From Flavobacterium sp. (GTDB lineage: Bacteria; Bacteroidota; Bacteroidia; Flavobacteriales; Flavobacteriaceae), in contig DAOLYL010000001.1 of NCBI GenBank assembly GCA_035425765.1, forward strand, positions 1 to 51,051: a stretch of DNA of 51,051 bases, in the 5' to 3' direction. Under the pieces are notes generated by a model, which worked only from the letters and a program-made list of their open reading frames with translations, was not told the DNA's origin and did no database searches. Numbering within the stretch: the first letter of the stretch is position 1; every line of letters starts with the position of its first letter. Both the position numbers and the translations under genes were made by a program. Shown in pieces: positions 1-10,438 of this stretch.

Positions 1-875
1 CTACTTTGAGTTGGGATTTTGTTTCTTTAGCGCCATTTGAAAGCAAAGAAATTTATGTAACATTTAATTTGAATGCACCAACCGATAATCCACCGTTAGA
101 AAGTGGTTCTATTTTGAATTATACCGCTTCAATTATAGGAAATCTAGAAGACGAAACACCATTAGACAATACTTTCGTTTTCAATCAAGAAGTGCTAAAC
201 TCATTCGATCCAAACGACAAAAGATGCCTTGAAGGAAATACAATTCCTTTAAACAAAGTTGGCGATTATGTTCATTACATGATTCGATTTGAAAATACTG
301 GTACGGCAAACGCTCAAAATGTAGTTGTAGTAGATAATTTGGATGTTTCAAAGTTTGATGTTAGCAGTTTTCAAGCACTTAATGGTAGTCATCCATTTGT
401 AACAAAAATTTCAAATTCGAATAAAGTGGAATTTATTTTTGAAAATATTAATCTTCCTTTTGATGATGCTTCAAACGATGGTTATATAGTTTTTAAAATT
501 AAAACAAAAAATAATTTACAACTCAATGATACTTTTAGCAACACGGCAAGTATTTATTTTGATTATAATTTCCCTATCGTTACTGAACCCGCAATTACAG
601 TTGTTTCGCAAGCATTAGGATTAGCAGAAGTAGATGGAGTTTTTGTTTCAATTGTACCAAACCCAACACAAGATGTGCTAACTATCACAACTAAAAACGA
701 AATAAGTTCGGTTATGATTTTTGATACTAACGGAAGAATTATACAAACTAAAATACTAAACAACGAGTTAGAAACCCAACTTGATTTAACTTCATACCAA
801 CAAGGCGTTTATTATGTCAAAGTAATTACAAAAGAAGGATTTGGGATTAAAAAAATTGTAAAAAACAATAAATAA
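1..875 (+). CDS. T9SS type A sorting-domain protein, 5'-truncated (DUF11/DUF7619-like domain plus C-terminal CTD)
   Basis: The frame is open at the left edge. Contains SFDPNDK...YMIRFENTGTANAQNVVVVD...NTASIYFDYN, and a C-terminal IVPNPTQD..IFDTNGR..GVYYVKV..KKIVK typical of a T9SS CTD. Confidence 0.85.
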   Translation, partial: TLSWDFVSLAPFESKEIYVTFNLNAPTDNPPLESGSILNYTASIIGNLEDETPLDNTFVFNQEVLNSFDPNDKRCLEGNTIPLNKVGDYVHYMIRFENTGTANAQNVVVVDNLDVSKFDVSSFQALNGSHPFVTKISNSNKVEFIFENINLPFDDASNDGYIVFKIKTKNNLQLNDTFSNTASIYFDYNFPIVTEPAITVVSQALGLAEVDGVFVSIVPNPTQDVLTITTKNEISSVMIFDTNGRIIQTKILNNELETQLDLTSYQQGVYYVKVITKEGFGIKKIVKNNK

Positions 876-897
876 AAGAATTAATTTTCTAGTTTTC

Positions 898-932
898 AAA
901 AGGATGTTATGACCAATAAACATCCTTTTTTT
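898..932 (+). terminator. Rho-independent terminator after the T9SS cargo gene
   Basis: Perfect 11-bp stem AAAAGGATGTT (898-908) / AACATCCTTTT (919-929), 10-nt loop, T-run to 932. Confidence 0.8.
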
Positions 933-954
933 ATGGTAAGTTTATAAAAAGAAA

Positions 955-962
955 TATATTTG
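955..962 (+). promoter_or_regulatory. Bacteroidota sigma70 -7 element upstream of locus A
   Basis: TATATTTG matches TAnnTTTG, 17 nt before the ATG at 980. Confidence 0.6.
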
Positions 963-979
963 CTTCAAATAGATATAAA

Positions 980-2410
980 ATGGTTTTTAATTCGTTTAAC
1001 TTCTTATTGTTTCTTCCTATTGTTTTTGCGCTTTATTGGATTTTAGCCAAGAGCAGTAGTAAAAGTCAAAATATTTTATTACTTGTTTCAAGTTATTTCT
1101 TTTATGCTTGTTGGGATTATAGGTTTTTGTTTCTATTAATGTTTTCAACGTTTTTAGATTACTTTACAGGTATAAAAATGCACGAAGCTACTTCTCAAAA
1201 AGGAAAGAAATTCTGGTTTTGGCTTAGTGTTGGTATCAATTTAGGATTTTTAGGAATTTTTAAATACTATAATTTTTTCATTGGATCATTTCAAGAATTG
1301 TTAGAAGGTTTTGGTTTCCAAGCTAATTTTTGGACCATTTCAGTTATTCTTCCTGTTGGAATTTCGTTTTATACTTTTCATGGATTGTCCTATGTGATTG
1401 ACATTTATAACGATAAAATTAAACCAGAAAAAAATATAGTTGACTATTCCGTTTTTGTTAGTTTTTTCCCTTTGCTCGTTGCTGGACCAATAGAACGTGC
1501 CACTCATTTATTACCTCAAATTCAACGCGAACGCCATTTTGATTACACCAAAGCCGTTGACGGTTTAAGACAAATACTTTGGGGATTGTTTATGAAAGTG
1601 GTAGTTGCTGATAATTGTGCAACGGTTGTAAATCATGTTTTTAAAGACCAAGAATCATTAAATGCAGGTTCGTTATTTGTTGGAGCAGTATTTTTTGCTT
1701 TTCAAATCTATGGTGATTTTTCAGGATATTCTAATATTGCTCTTGGAACTGCTCGATTATTTGGTGTTGAATTATTACGTAACTTTAATTACCCTTATTT
1801 TTCTAGAGATATTGCGGAGTTTTGGCGTCGTTGGCATATTTCTTTATCGTCTTGGTTTAAAGATTACTTATATATTCCGCTTGGTGGAAGCAAAGGCGGA
1901 ATGTGGATGCAAGTTAGAAATACAATAATAATTTTTGTAGTGAGTGGTTTTTGGCACGGTGCTAATTGGACATTTATTATTTGGGGTGCTTTGAATGCAC
2001 TGTATATTTTGCCTTTAGTGGTTTTTAAATTGAATAGAAACAACACCAATATAGTTGCCGAAAATTCATTTTTGCCATCAATCAAAGAAGTTATTCAAAT
2101 CATAATTACATTTATTCTAACTACAATTGCTTGGGTGTTTTTTAGAGCAGAAACGGTTACAGAAGCTTGGGTTTATGTTGTTAAAATGTTTAATTTTAAA
2201 GCATATGGCTTTCCTCAAGTTGATTTAAAACCATTTATTTACATATTCATTTTACTTTTTGTAGAGTGGATTCAAAGAAAGAAAAAGCATGGTTTAGAAT
2301 TATCAAATGTTAGACATGCTTATATTAGATGGATCATTTATCTATTAGTCTTTATTTTGATTTTATTTTTTGGTGCAAGTTCTGATTCATTCATTTATTT
2401 CCAATTTTAG
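980..2410 (+). CDS. MBOAT family O-acyltransferase (AlgI/PatA/DltB-like), copy 1
   Basis: LPVGISFYTF, AGPIERA, QIYGDFSGYS, EFWRRWHISLS, SGFWHGANWT (catalytic His), C-terminal FIYFQF; multiple TM segments. Confidence 0.92.
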   Translation: MVFNSFNFLLFLPIVFALYWILAKSSSKSQNILLLVSSYFFYACWDYRFLFLLMFSTFLDYFTGIKMHEATSQKGKKFWFWLSVGINLGFLGIFKYYNFFIGSFQELLEGFGFQANFWTISVILPVGISFYTFHGLSYVIDIYNDKIKPEKNIVDYSVFVSFFPLLVAGPIERATHLLPQIQRERHFDYTKAVDGLRQILWGLFMKVVVADNCATVVNHVFKDQESLNAGSLFVGAVFFAFQIYGDFSGYSNIALGTARLFGVELLRNFNYPYFSRDIAEFWRRWHISLSSWFKDYLYIPLGGSKGGMWMQVRNTIIIFVVSGFWHGANWTFIIWGALNALYILPLVVFKLNRNNTNIVAENSFLPSIKEVIQIIITFILTTIAWVFFRAETVTEAWVYVVKMFNFKAYGFPQVDLKPFIYIFILLFVEWIQRKKKHGLELSNVRHAYIRWIIYLLVFILILFFGASSDSFIYFQF

Positions 2411-3328
2411 ATGAAAAAGTTTATACTACGACTTCTAGTTTTTTCAATACTTATTACAGGTATCATATTGTTTTTATTAAATAGATATGCTGGATATGTA
2501 GATTATTTCTATGGTAAAGTTTCTTCACCAGCACAATCTTCATTAATCATTGGAGACTCTAGAAGTTTTCAAGGATTGCAACCAACTGTGTTTAATCAAA
2601 ATTTGAGTACTACATTTGATTTACCAATGTATAATTTTAGTTTTACGCTAGCTCAAGTTTCTTATGGCGAAAGCTTATTGAAAAGTATTAAATCAAAAAT
2701 AAATCCAGATACTAAAAACGGATTGTTCATTCTTTCGGTTCATCCTTACATACTCTCACAAAGAGATAAAGATGATTTTGAAAACGGAATTTATTTTGAA
2801 GAATCCTTTCCGCCAGGTAATATGAATTATGTAAACATGAATCCTAATGTTGAATATTTTTTCAAAAATTATGAATACTTTCATTTCAAGGCAATCATAA
2901 GGAAAAATTCTATTGTTCATGATGATGGATGGTTAGAAGAAACCAATTTAACCACTGATAAAACAACTTTAAACGATTGGAAAAACACACAATTAGAATT
3001 GTATGGTGGATTTATTAAAAAATGGAAAAAATCAGACTATAGAATTCAAAAGTTGAATGAAACTATAAAGTTTCTTAAAAATCATGGAAGAGTTGTTTTA
3101 GTTAGAATGCCGAGTAGTGATGCTATTGTTGCTATAGAAAATAACTATTGGAACGATTTTAATCTTCAAATGAAAAACGTTGCTGAAGAAAATAAAGTTC
3201 AGTATCTCGATTTTACAACTAACATGAGTTCTTTTCCAACCTATGATGGCGTTCACCTAGGCAAATCTGCTGGACAAAAATTCACGAAATCGGTTTGTGA
3301 TTCAATCCTAAAATATAATAAAAATTGA
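2411..3328 (+). CDS. SGNH-like periplasmic acyltransferase partner of MBOAT (AlgJ/PatB/DltD-like)
   Basis: N-terminal TM anchor, IIGDSRS (block I), YDGVHL (DxxH); directly abuts the MBOAT gene. Confidence 0.7.
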   Translation: MKKFILRLLVFSILITGIILFLLNRYAGYVDYFYGKVSSPAQSSLIIGDSRSFQGLQPTVFNQNLSTTFDLPMYNFSFTLAQVSYGESLLKSIKSKINPDTKNGLFILSVHPYILSQRDKDDFENGIYFEESFPPGNMNYVNMNPNVEYFFKNYEYFHFKAIIRKNSIVHDDGWLEETNLTTDKTTLNDWKNTQLELYGGFIKKWKKSDYRIQKLNETIKFLKNHGRVVLVRMPSSDAIVAIENNYWNDFNLQMKNVAEENKVQYLDFTTNMSSFPTYDGVHLGKSAGQKFTKSVCDSILKYNKN

Positions 3329-4422
3329 ATACGTTAGTTCCAATAGAGTATTATACTACAATATATTATAATATTTTGTTGTTAATACTTTTGTTTTTTT
3401 TTATATCTACTTATAGAGAGGAATTATCTAGCAAAGCAAACCTAAGTGGTAAAAATGCTTTAGGTGTTTTTTTATTAGTATTTGTTATCGCTTATATTGG
3501 TTTTCGTCCCATCGATCCCATATTTGGAGATATGACTACCTATAGAGATTATCTTGAGCGTTATGCTAGTGGAGAAGACTTTCTAGGAAATGAAAATGAT
3601 TATATTTTTCAAGTTTTTATGAGAATTTGCGCCAGAAATGCAACACATGAAATATTCTTTCTCTTGTGTGCCATTCTATACATTTATCCGCTTTATTCTG
3701 CTAGTAAAAATTTATTCAAAGAATACTGGTTTTATGCTTTCTTAATGCTAGTTATATCATTTTCATTTTGGGGTTATGCAGTAAATGGTATTAGAAACGG
3801 TATTGCAACTACCATTTTTATTTATGGAATTTCACAAAAAAAACGACTACTAATGTTTCCTTTAATTGCAATTAGTTACCTTACTCACAACGCAATGATG
3901 ATTCCTGCGGCTGCTTTTTTACTAGCATTTTCCTTGGATAGAACAAAATGGTATCTTTTTGGATGGTTTTTGTGTATTCCATTATCTCTTGTACTTGGTG
4001 GTTCTCTAGAAATCTTTTTTTCCGATTTGGTGGAGTCAGAAAGAACAGTAGGTTATCTAACGGAAACTGATGAGTTTTCAGATCAGTTTTCATCTACTGG
4101 TTTTCGATGGGATTTCTTGCTGTATAGTATGAGTGGTGTTTATGCGGTTTGGTATTTTATTATAAAGAAAAAATTTGAAGACAAAACATATAGCTTAATC
4201 TGCAATACTTATTTGATTGCCAACGCTTTTTGGATACTAGTTATTAGAGCATCTTTTAGCAATAGATTTGCTTATTTATCATGGTTTTTAATGGGAATCG
4301 TTATCATTTATCCTTTTTTGAAAAGGAAATTCTTTAGCGAACAACATAAACTTATGGGAAGATTAATTTTTGTTTATTTTGCATTTACTTATATTATGAA
4401 TATTCTAAGAGGAAATAATTAA
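3325..4422 (+). CDS. EpsG-family polysaccharide polymerase (Wzy-like)
   Basis: Multi-TM protein; IGFRP..FGDMTTY, NGIRNGIA, H.AM, SNRFAYLSW motifs; TTG start overlaps the upstream stop. Confidence 0.8.
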   Translation: MNTLVPIEYYTTIYYNILLLILLFFFISTYREELSSKANLSGKNALGVFLLVFVIAYIGFRPIDPIFGDMTTYRDYLERYASGEDFLGNENDYIFQVFMRICARNATHEIFFLLCAILYIYPLYSASKNLFKEYWFYAFLMLVISFSFWGYAVNGIRNGIATTIFIYGISQKKRLLMFPLIAISYLTHNAMMIPAAAFLLAFSLDRTKWYLFGWFLCIPLSLVLGGSLEIFFSDLVESERTVGYLTETDEFSDQFSSTGFRWDFLLYSMSGVYAVWYFIIKKKFEDKTYSLICNTYLIANAFWILVIRASFSNRFAYLSWFLMGIVIIYPFLKRKFFSEQHKLMGRLIFVYFAFTYIMNILRGNN

Positions 4423-4426
4423 AACC

Positions 4427-5350
4427 ATGAAAACACTTACCGTTTTTACCCCAACTTTTAATCGTGCTTATTGCTTACATCAACTTTATGAAAGTTTGGT
4501 AAGACAAAAATCTACTGATTTTTTGTGGTTAATTATTGATGATGGTTCTTCTGATGGAACTGATGAACTAGTGAAATCTTGGCAAGACCAAAACTTGATA
4601 GAAATTAGATATGATTATAAACCAAATGGTGGAATGCATACGGCTCATAACAGAGCTTATGAGTTGATTGATACAGAACTTAATATGTGTATCGATTCAG
4701 ATGATTATGTAACTGATGATGCAATAGAAAAAATACTCTCATTTTGGTTAAAGAATAAAAATCCAAATGTTGGAGCAATTTATGCACTCGATGCTACGAA
4801 AGACGGATCAATTCTTGGCGATAAATATCCAGATGATTTAATTTCATTTCAAGGTTGGGGTTGTAAAATTGTAATCTACAATGAAAATAAAATTCATAAA
4901 GTGGTTGGTGATAAAAAATGTATTGCGGTAACAGCTTACTTAAAAAAATATCCACCAATCCCTGTTTTTGAAGGCGAAAAGTTTTATTCCTTGTATTGGA
5001 AACAGCATTTTCTTGAACGTGATTATACCATTCTTATTCTTAACGAACCTGTTTGTATAGTCGAATATTTGCCCGATGGAGCAAGTATGAACAAATTCAA
5101 GCAATATTTTACCAATGCGAGAGGTTTTCAGCATATGAGAATTATGTTAATGAAAATTTCACCTACATTCAAGCTTCGTTTTATGGAATGTATTCACTAT
5201 ATAAACAGTTCAATAATATTAAAAGACAAACATTTTTTTAGTAAAAGCTCTAATAAGTTGCTAACGATTCTTGCCATTCCATTTGGAATTGTGCTATATT
5301 TTTACGCCAGATATAATTATGACAAGCAATTAAATTTAAACAAAAAGTAA
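4427..5350 (+). CDS. GT2 glycosyltransferase
   Basis: TVFTPTFNRA, IIDDGSSDGT, NGGMHTAHN, CIDSDD. Confidence 0.9.
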   Translation: MKTLTVFTPTFNRAYCLHQLYESLVRQKSTDFLWLIIDDGSSDGTDELVKSWQDQNLIEIRYDYKPNGGMHTAHNRAYELIDTELNMCIDSDDYVTDDAIEKILSFWLKNKNPNVGAIYALDATKDGSILGDKYPDDLISFQGWGCKIVIYNENKIHKVVGDKKCIAVTAYLKKYPPIPVFEGEKFYSLYWKQHFLERDYTILILNEPVCIVEYLPDGASMNKFKQYFTNARGFQHMRIMLMKISPTFKLRFMECIHYINSSIILKDKHFFSKSSNKLLTILAIPFGIVLYFYARYNYDKQLNLNKK

Positions 5351-5353
5351 ATC

Positions 5354-6343
5354 ATGCTCATCAGTGTCATAATACCTGTTTATAACGTAGAAAATTATAT
5401 CAAAAAAGGAGTAGAAAGTGTTATCAATCAGAGTTATACCAATTTTGAACTACTTCTAGTTAATGATGGTTCAAAAGATAACTCACCAAAAATTTGTGAT
5501 GATTTTGCGTCAAAAGATAGCAGAGTAAAAGTACTTCATAAAATAAATGGTGGCGCATCCGATGCTAGAAATCAAGGAATTTTAGCTGCTAAAGGCGATT
5601 ATCTAATGTTTCTTGATTCTGATGATTATTGGGATGATAATAATGCTATTCAAAAGGTTGTCAATAGATTGACGGAAAGTAAAGATGTTGATATTCTATT
5701 ATTTTATTGGAAAAATATTAATTTAAATACTAACCGAACTGAGATTTCAAATAAAAAATACCAAACAGAAATATTCAAAAATGCAACGAAACCCGAGGTT
5801 TTAAAAAGCTTATTCGATACAGGTTTATTTTCTTCTTCCGCTGTGATAACAGTTGTTAATAGAGTGTTTATACTCCAAAACGAGCTGTTCTTTGTGAAAG
5901 GTATAAAAGCTGAGGATGTTGATTGGACTCTCAATGTTTTTAAACATGCCAATAAAGTTGATGCAATAAACGAAGATTTTTATGTTGTTTTGCTTAACAG
6001 AGAAGGAAGTGTGACTTCTACTGCTGATGTAAAGAGTATTGAAAGTATTTTGTTTATTCTCGATAAATGGTGTCCTGAATTTATAACTAAAAACGACCCG
6101 TTAAGTCATCTTTTTTTAGGGCATCTTTCGTTTCATTATAGCACTTGCTTTGTAATTTATCCCAATTTATCCAATACCGAAAAAAAATTCGTGAAAAATA
6201 GATTAGAAACTTATAAGTTTTTATTTAAACATATACAAAGTAAAAAAGCATTTTTGGTCAAATTTATAATTACTATTTTTGGAATTGAAATTGGCACTAG
6301 ATTGATAGGAATGTTTTTTAAAATTAGAAAAAAAACAAGATAA
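5354..6343 (+). CDS. GT2 glycosyltransferase
   Basis: SVIIPVYNVE, VNDGSKD, NGGASDARN, FLDSDD, AED. Confidence 0.92.
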   Translation: MLISVIIPVYNVENYIKKGVESVINQSYTNFELLLVNDGSKDNSPKICDDFASKDSRVKVLHKINGGASDARNQGILAAKGDYLMFLDSDDYWDDNNAIQKVVNRLTESKDVDILLFYWKNINLNTNRTEISNKKYQTEIFKNATKPEVLKSLFDTGLFSSSAVITVVNRVFILQNELFFVKGIKAEDVDWTLNVFKHANKVDAINEDFYVVLLNREGSVTSTADVKSIESILFILDKWCPEFITKNDPLSHLFLGHLSFHYSTCFVIYPNLSNTEKKFVKNRLETYKFLFKHIQSKKAFLVKFIITIFGIEIGTRLIGMFFKIRKKTR

Positions 6344-6345
6344 AA

Positions 6346-7362
6346 ATGAATAAAAACAATAAAGTAATTGATTTTTTGCAAGTTTATAGAGCTATTGCTG
6401 CATTGATGGTAGTAGTTTTTCACATTTGTTTAGATTTGCCTTTTTATTTTAAAAGAGATTTTGAAAATTTGCAATCTATCACGGCAATTGGAAAATTTGG
6501 TGTAGATTTTTTCTTTGTTTTGTCGGGATTTATAATTAGTTACTCCTATTTTGATAAAGAAATAAAGTTTAAATCATATGTTTTAAATAGATTTTTGAGA
6601 ATATATTTACCCTATCTTCCGATAGGTCTGTTTTTATATTTTGCATATACTTTTTTACCCCAATTATCAAATGGAGCAAGAGAATTTAATTTTTTAGCCA
6701 CATTTACTCTTTTACCCGTTGGAGAACCATCATTATCTGTAGCATGGACATTAATGCATGAAATGCTATTTTATGCAATTTTTGCTATTTCAATGGTAAA
6801 TGTCAAATATTTTAATAGGTTTTTATCAATTTGGATGATCTTAATTGTTTTGTTATATTTTACTAAAATACAAACCACAAGTGTATATCTAGATTATTTT
6901 CTCAAAGTTCTATTTTCACCTTACAATATAGAATTTGTATTAGGTTACATTTCATTTCTTATCATCAAAAAGAAAGGCGAAATTAAAAATGCTTTGTTGT
7001 ATGGAGTGATTTTAATTGTGATTTTTATAGTTTTAAAATTAGTTTATGTTCAACTTGACTATTTTGTGTTAAATTTAATTTTCTCTTTTTCATGTATGTT
7101 TTTTATTTTTTTTGCATACAATTCCATTTCAGTCAAGATTAACAAATCTTCATTAATAATGAAACTCGGTTATGCTTCTTATTCTATTTATTTAATACAT
7201 TTACCAGTTCAAGCAATCTTATTTAGATTAATACCTCATAGTAGTGTGATTATTACATTTACAATTATTATTACAGTTGCTGTTTTTGTAGCTTTAATTT
7301 ATTCTCATTTTTTTGAAAATAAATTCTTGTTTTTATTAAAGAAAAAATTAATCAATAATTAA
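6346..7362 (+). CDS. Acyltransferase-3 (OafA-like) membrane O-acyltransferase
   Basis: RAIAALMVVVFH, GVDFFFVLSGF, RFLRIY, WTLMHEMLFY, SYSIYLIH. Confidence 0.88.
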   Translation: MNKNNKVIDFLQVYRAIAALMVVVFHICLDLPFYFKRDFENLQSITAIGKFGVDFFFVLSGFIISYSYFDKEIKFKSYVLNRFLRIYLPYLPIGLFLYFAYTFLPQLSNGAREFNFLATFTLLPVGEPSLSVAWTLMHEMLFYAIFAISMVNVKYFNRFLSIWMILIVLLYFTKIQTTSVYLDYFLKVLFSPYNIEFVLGYISFLIIKKKGEIKNALLYGVILIVIFIVLKLVYVQLDYFVLNLIFSFSCMFFIFFAYNSISVKINKSSLIMKLGYASYSIYLIHLPVQAILFRLIPHSSVIITFTIIITVAVFVALIYSHFFENKFLFLLKKKLINN

Positions 7363-7386
7363 CGATTTTTCAACTTTTAATAGCAT

Positions 7387-9273
7387 ATGTGCGGAATTAA
7401 TGGTTTTCTATCTAAAAATGGTCTGAATTCAGTTGATGAAAAACTGAAAAAAATGAACCAAAAAATAATTCATCGTGGTCCAGATGAAGATGGTTTTTTC
7501 TTTGAAAGTAATGAAAATGTTTCAATTGGTATGGCAATGCGACGATTATCAATTATTGATTTAGCATCAGGTAAACAACCAATTTATAGTCAAGACAAAC
7601 AAAAAGTAATCCTTTTTAATGGTGAAATTTATAACTTCAAATTATTAAGAGAGGATTTAATTTCAAAAGGTTATACATTTTATACTTCTTGTGATACTGA
7701 AGTGGTTGTCAACCTTTATGATTGTTATGGAGTAGAAAGTTTTTCAATGCTCGACGGAATGTTTGCATTCAGTATTTATGACAAATCAATTAATAAAATT
7801 TTTATTGCAAGAGATTTTTTTGGTGAAAAACCATTATATTATTTAAGTAATACTACTGATTTTATTTGGGCATCTGAACTAAAATCGATTTTAGAAGTTT
7901 TACCAAGCAAACCTGAAATTAACCCAACGGCTCTAAATCTTTTTTTGCAATTAACATATATTCCAGCACCATTTACTATTTTTAAAAGTATTCATAAGCT
8001 TGAAGCTAATAATTATATTACTATTGATTGCAAGGATTTTAGTTTTTCAATAAGTCAAATCAATCATAACTTTAAAACGTATTCTAATCTTTCGAAAAAA
8101 GAAGCAACAACAAAAACTCATGATTTAGTTAGGGAGAGTGTAATTTCACGTTCAATTTCGGATGTTCCATTAGGAACATTTCTTTCTGGCGGAGTTGACT
8201 CTTCAATTGTTTCTTTATGTTTAGCTCAACAATCTGATAAAAAAATCGAAACTTTTTCAATTGGTTTTGACAAAAAATCGTTTGACGAAACTGATAAATC
8301 ACAGCAAGTTGCAAAACTCATAAATAGTAATCATCATGAGTTTGTCATAAGTGAAAAAGATTTAGAAAAGAATTTATCTGAAATCATTTTAAATTTTGAT
8401 GAACCATTTGCAGACTCATCAGCTTTAGCAACTTATATTGTAGCTAATAAAACTCGTCAGCATGTCACAGTAGCGTTGACAGGTGATGGTGGTGACGAAG
8501 TATTTGGCGGATACAACAAATACTATATCGGAAAATTAAATAACAAGTATACGTCAATCATCCCAAAAAGTATTCATAGTGGAATTGAGAAAATAGGTAA
8601 CACAGTTTTAAAAACTTCAGAAGATAATAGAGGGAAAAGATTTAAGGCAAATCGACTTTTGAAAGCCATAAATTATGAAGGTGATTTTTACTATAATATT
8701 ATTTCATTAGCATTTCAAGAAGATGAAGTAAAAGATTTTTTACAATCAGAATACTACAAAAGTAAACCGCTAGAATATTATAAAAATTTTATTGGCAACA
8801 AAAACAAAACATTAACCGATTTTAGAAATATAGACAAGCATTTAAGTCTAGAAGGAGATATGCTAGTTAAAGTAGACAGGACAAGTATGTTAACTTCTTT
8901 AGAATGTCGTGCACCGTTTTTAAATAAGGAAATTTGGAATTTTACTAATCAATTACCAGAAAATTATTTAATAAACGGTTGGGACAAAAAACATATTTTA
9001 AAAGAAGCTTTTAAAGAATATTTTCCAAAAGATTTTTTAAATAAATCTAAAAAGGGATTCGGAGTTCCGGTTGGTGATTGGTTAAAATCGGATTTGAAAA
9101 ACGAATTGTTAAGTTTTGTAGAAGAAAAATTTATAGAAAACCAATCAATTTTCAATTATGTGGCAATTAATAGATTAGTTTCCAATCATATTTCAGGAAG
9201 GATTGATAATACTTTTAGAGTTTGGACTTTCTATTGTTTTCAAAAATGGTATGTGAATTTTTATGGAAAATAA
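7387..9273 (+). CDS. asnB: Asparagine synthase (glutamine-hydrolysing)-like amidotransferase, probably amidating a glycan carboxyl group
   Basis: MCGI N-terminal Cys, HRGPD, RRLSIID, NGEIYN, FLSGGVDSS, TGDGGDE, KVDRTSM, ECRAPFL, KKGFGVP. Confidence 0.9.
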   Translation: MCGINGFLSKNGLNSVDEKLKKMNQKIIHRGPDEDGFFFESNENVSIGMAMRRLSIIDLASGKQPIYSQDKQKVILFNGEIYNFKLLREDLISKGYTFYTSCDTEVVVNLYDCYGVESFSMLDGMFAFSIYDKSINKIFIARDFFGEKPLYYLSNTTDFIWASELKSILEVLPSKPEINPTALNLFLQLTYIPAPFTIFKSIHKLEANNYITIDCKDFSFSISQINHNFKTYSNLSKKEATTKTHDLVRESVISRSISDVPLGTFLSGGVDSSIVSLCLAQQSDKKIETFSIGFDKKSFDETDKSQQVAKLINSNHHEFVISEKDLEKNLSEIILNFDEPFADSSALATYIVANKTRQHVTVALTGDGGDEVFGGYNKYYIGKLNNKYTSIIPKSIHSGIEKIGNTVLKTSEDNRGKRFKANRLLKAINYEGDFYYNIISLAFQEDEVKDFLQSEYYKSKPLEYYKNFIGNKNKTLTDFRNIDKHLSLEGDMLVKVDRTSMLTSLECRAPFLNKEIWNFTNQLPENYLINGWDKKHILKEAFKEYFPKDFLNKSKKGFGVPVGDWLKSDLKNELLSFVEEKFIENQSIFNYVAINRLVSNHISGRIDNTFRVWTFYCFQKWYVNFYGK

Positions 9274-10429
9274 AAAAACGCTCATCCGAATCACAACAGT
9301 TCCAATTTCACTTGAAAAATTACTTTCAGGGCAATTGGAATATATGAGTAGTCACTACAATTTAATAGCCGTTTCATCTGAAAAAGAAAATTTAGAAAAA
9401 CTCGGAAAGAAAATAAACCTACCTGTTTTTTTTGTTAACTTAACACGACAAATTACACCAATAAAAGACTTGTTGGCGCTTGTGAAAATGTATTTTTTTT
9501 TCAAAAAAACAAAACCATTTATAGTACATTCTCATACTCCAAAAGCAGGAACAATAGGAATGTTAGCTGCAAAACTCGCAGGTGTTCCAAATCGTTTACA
9601 CACAGTTGCTGGTTTACCTTTATTAGAAATTGGTGGAAAAAAAAGAAAACTGTTAGATTTTGTTGAAAAACTAACTTACAGTTGCGCAACTAAAGTTTAT
9701 CCAAATTCATTGGGTTTAAAAGATATAATAATCGAAAATAAGTATTGCAAAGCTAACAAACTAAAAGTTATAGGAAACGGAAGTTCTAACGGAATTGATA
9801 CTTCATTCTTTAATCCAGAATTGTACTCTTTTGAAAATAACCAAGATTTAAAAGCAAAGTTAGGAATAGAACAAAACGATTTTGTCTTCATCTTTGTTGG
9901 AAGATTAGTAAAAGACAAAGGAATTAATGAGTTAATTGCTGCTTTTTCCAAACTTCAATCACAACATAAAAACATAAAGCTTTTACTAGTAGGTGATTAT
10001 GAAACCGATTTAGATCCACTTTCATCAGAAACATTAGATGAAATAACATCGAATTCATCAATAATTTCAACTGGATTTGAATATGATGTTCGACCTTATT
10101 TCGCCATTAGCAATGCCTTAGTTTTTCCAACTTATCGTGAAGGATTTCCAAATGTGGTGATGCAAGCAGGAGCAATGAATTTACCTTGTATAGTAACCAA
10201 TATAAATGGTTGTAATGAAATTATCATTGAAGGAGAAAACGGAATAATTATTCCCGTTAAAAATGAAAATGCTATTTTTGAAGCCATGAATGATTGTATT
10301 CTTAAATCTGATACAATACAAAGAATGAAAAAAAATGCACGAAAAATGATTGTGTCTCGATATGAACAACAAGTAGTTTGGAAAGCAATTTTTGAGGAAT
10401 ATCAGTCCTTTGAAAAAAATAATCACTAA
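9263..10429 (+). CDS. GT4 glycosyltransferase (CapM-like)
   Basis: HSHTPKAG, GNGSSNGID, FVGRLVKDKG, YREGFPNVVMQA. Confidence 0.9.
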   Translation: MENKKTLIRITTVPISLEKLLSGQLEYMSSHYNLIAVSSEKENLEKLGKKINLPVFFVNLTRQITPIKDLLALVKMYFFFKKTKPFIVHSHTPKAGTIGMLAAKLAGVPNRLHTVAGLPLLEIGGKKRKLLDFVEKLTYSCATKVYPNSLGLKDIIIENKYCKANKLKVIGNGSSNGIDTSFFNPELYSFENNQDLKAKLGIEQNDFVFIFVGRLVKDKGINELIAAFSKLQSQHKNIKLLLVGDYETDLDPLSSETLDEITSNSSIISTGFEYDVRPYFAISNALVFPTYREGFPNVVMQAGAMNLPCIVTNINGCNEIIIEGENGIIIPVKNENAIFEAMNDCILKSDTIQRMKKNARKMIVSRYEQQVVWKAIFEEYQSFEKNNH

Positions 10430-10438
10430 AAAATCAAA

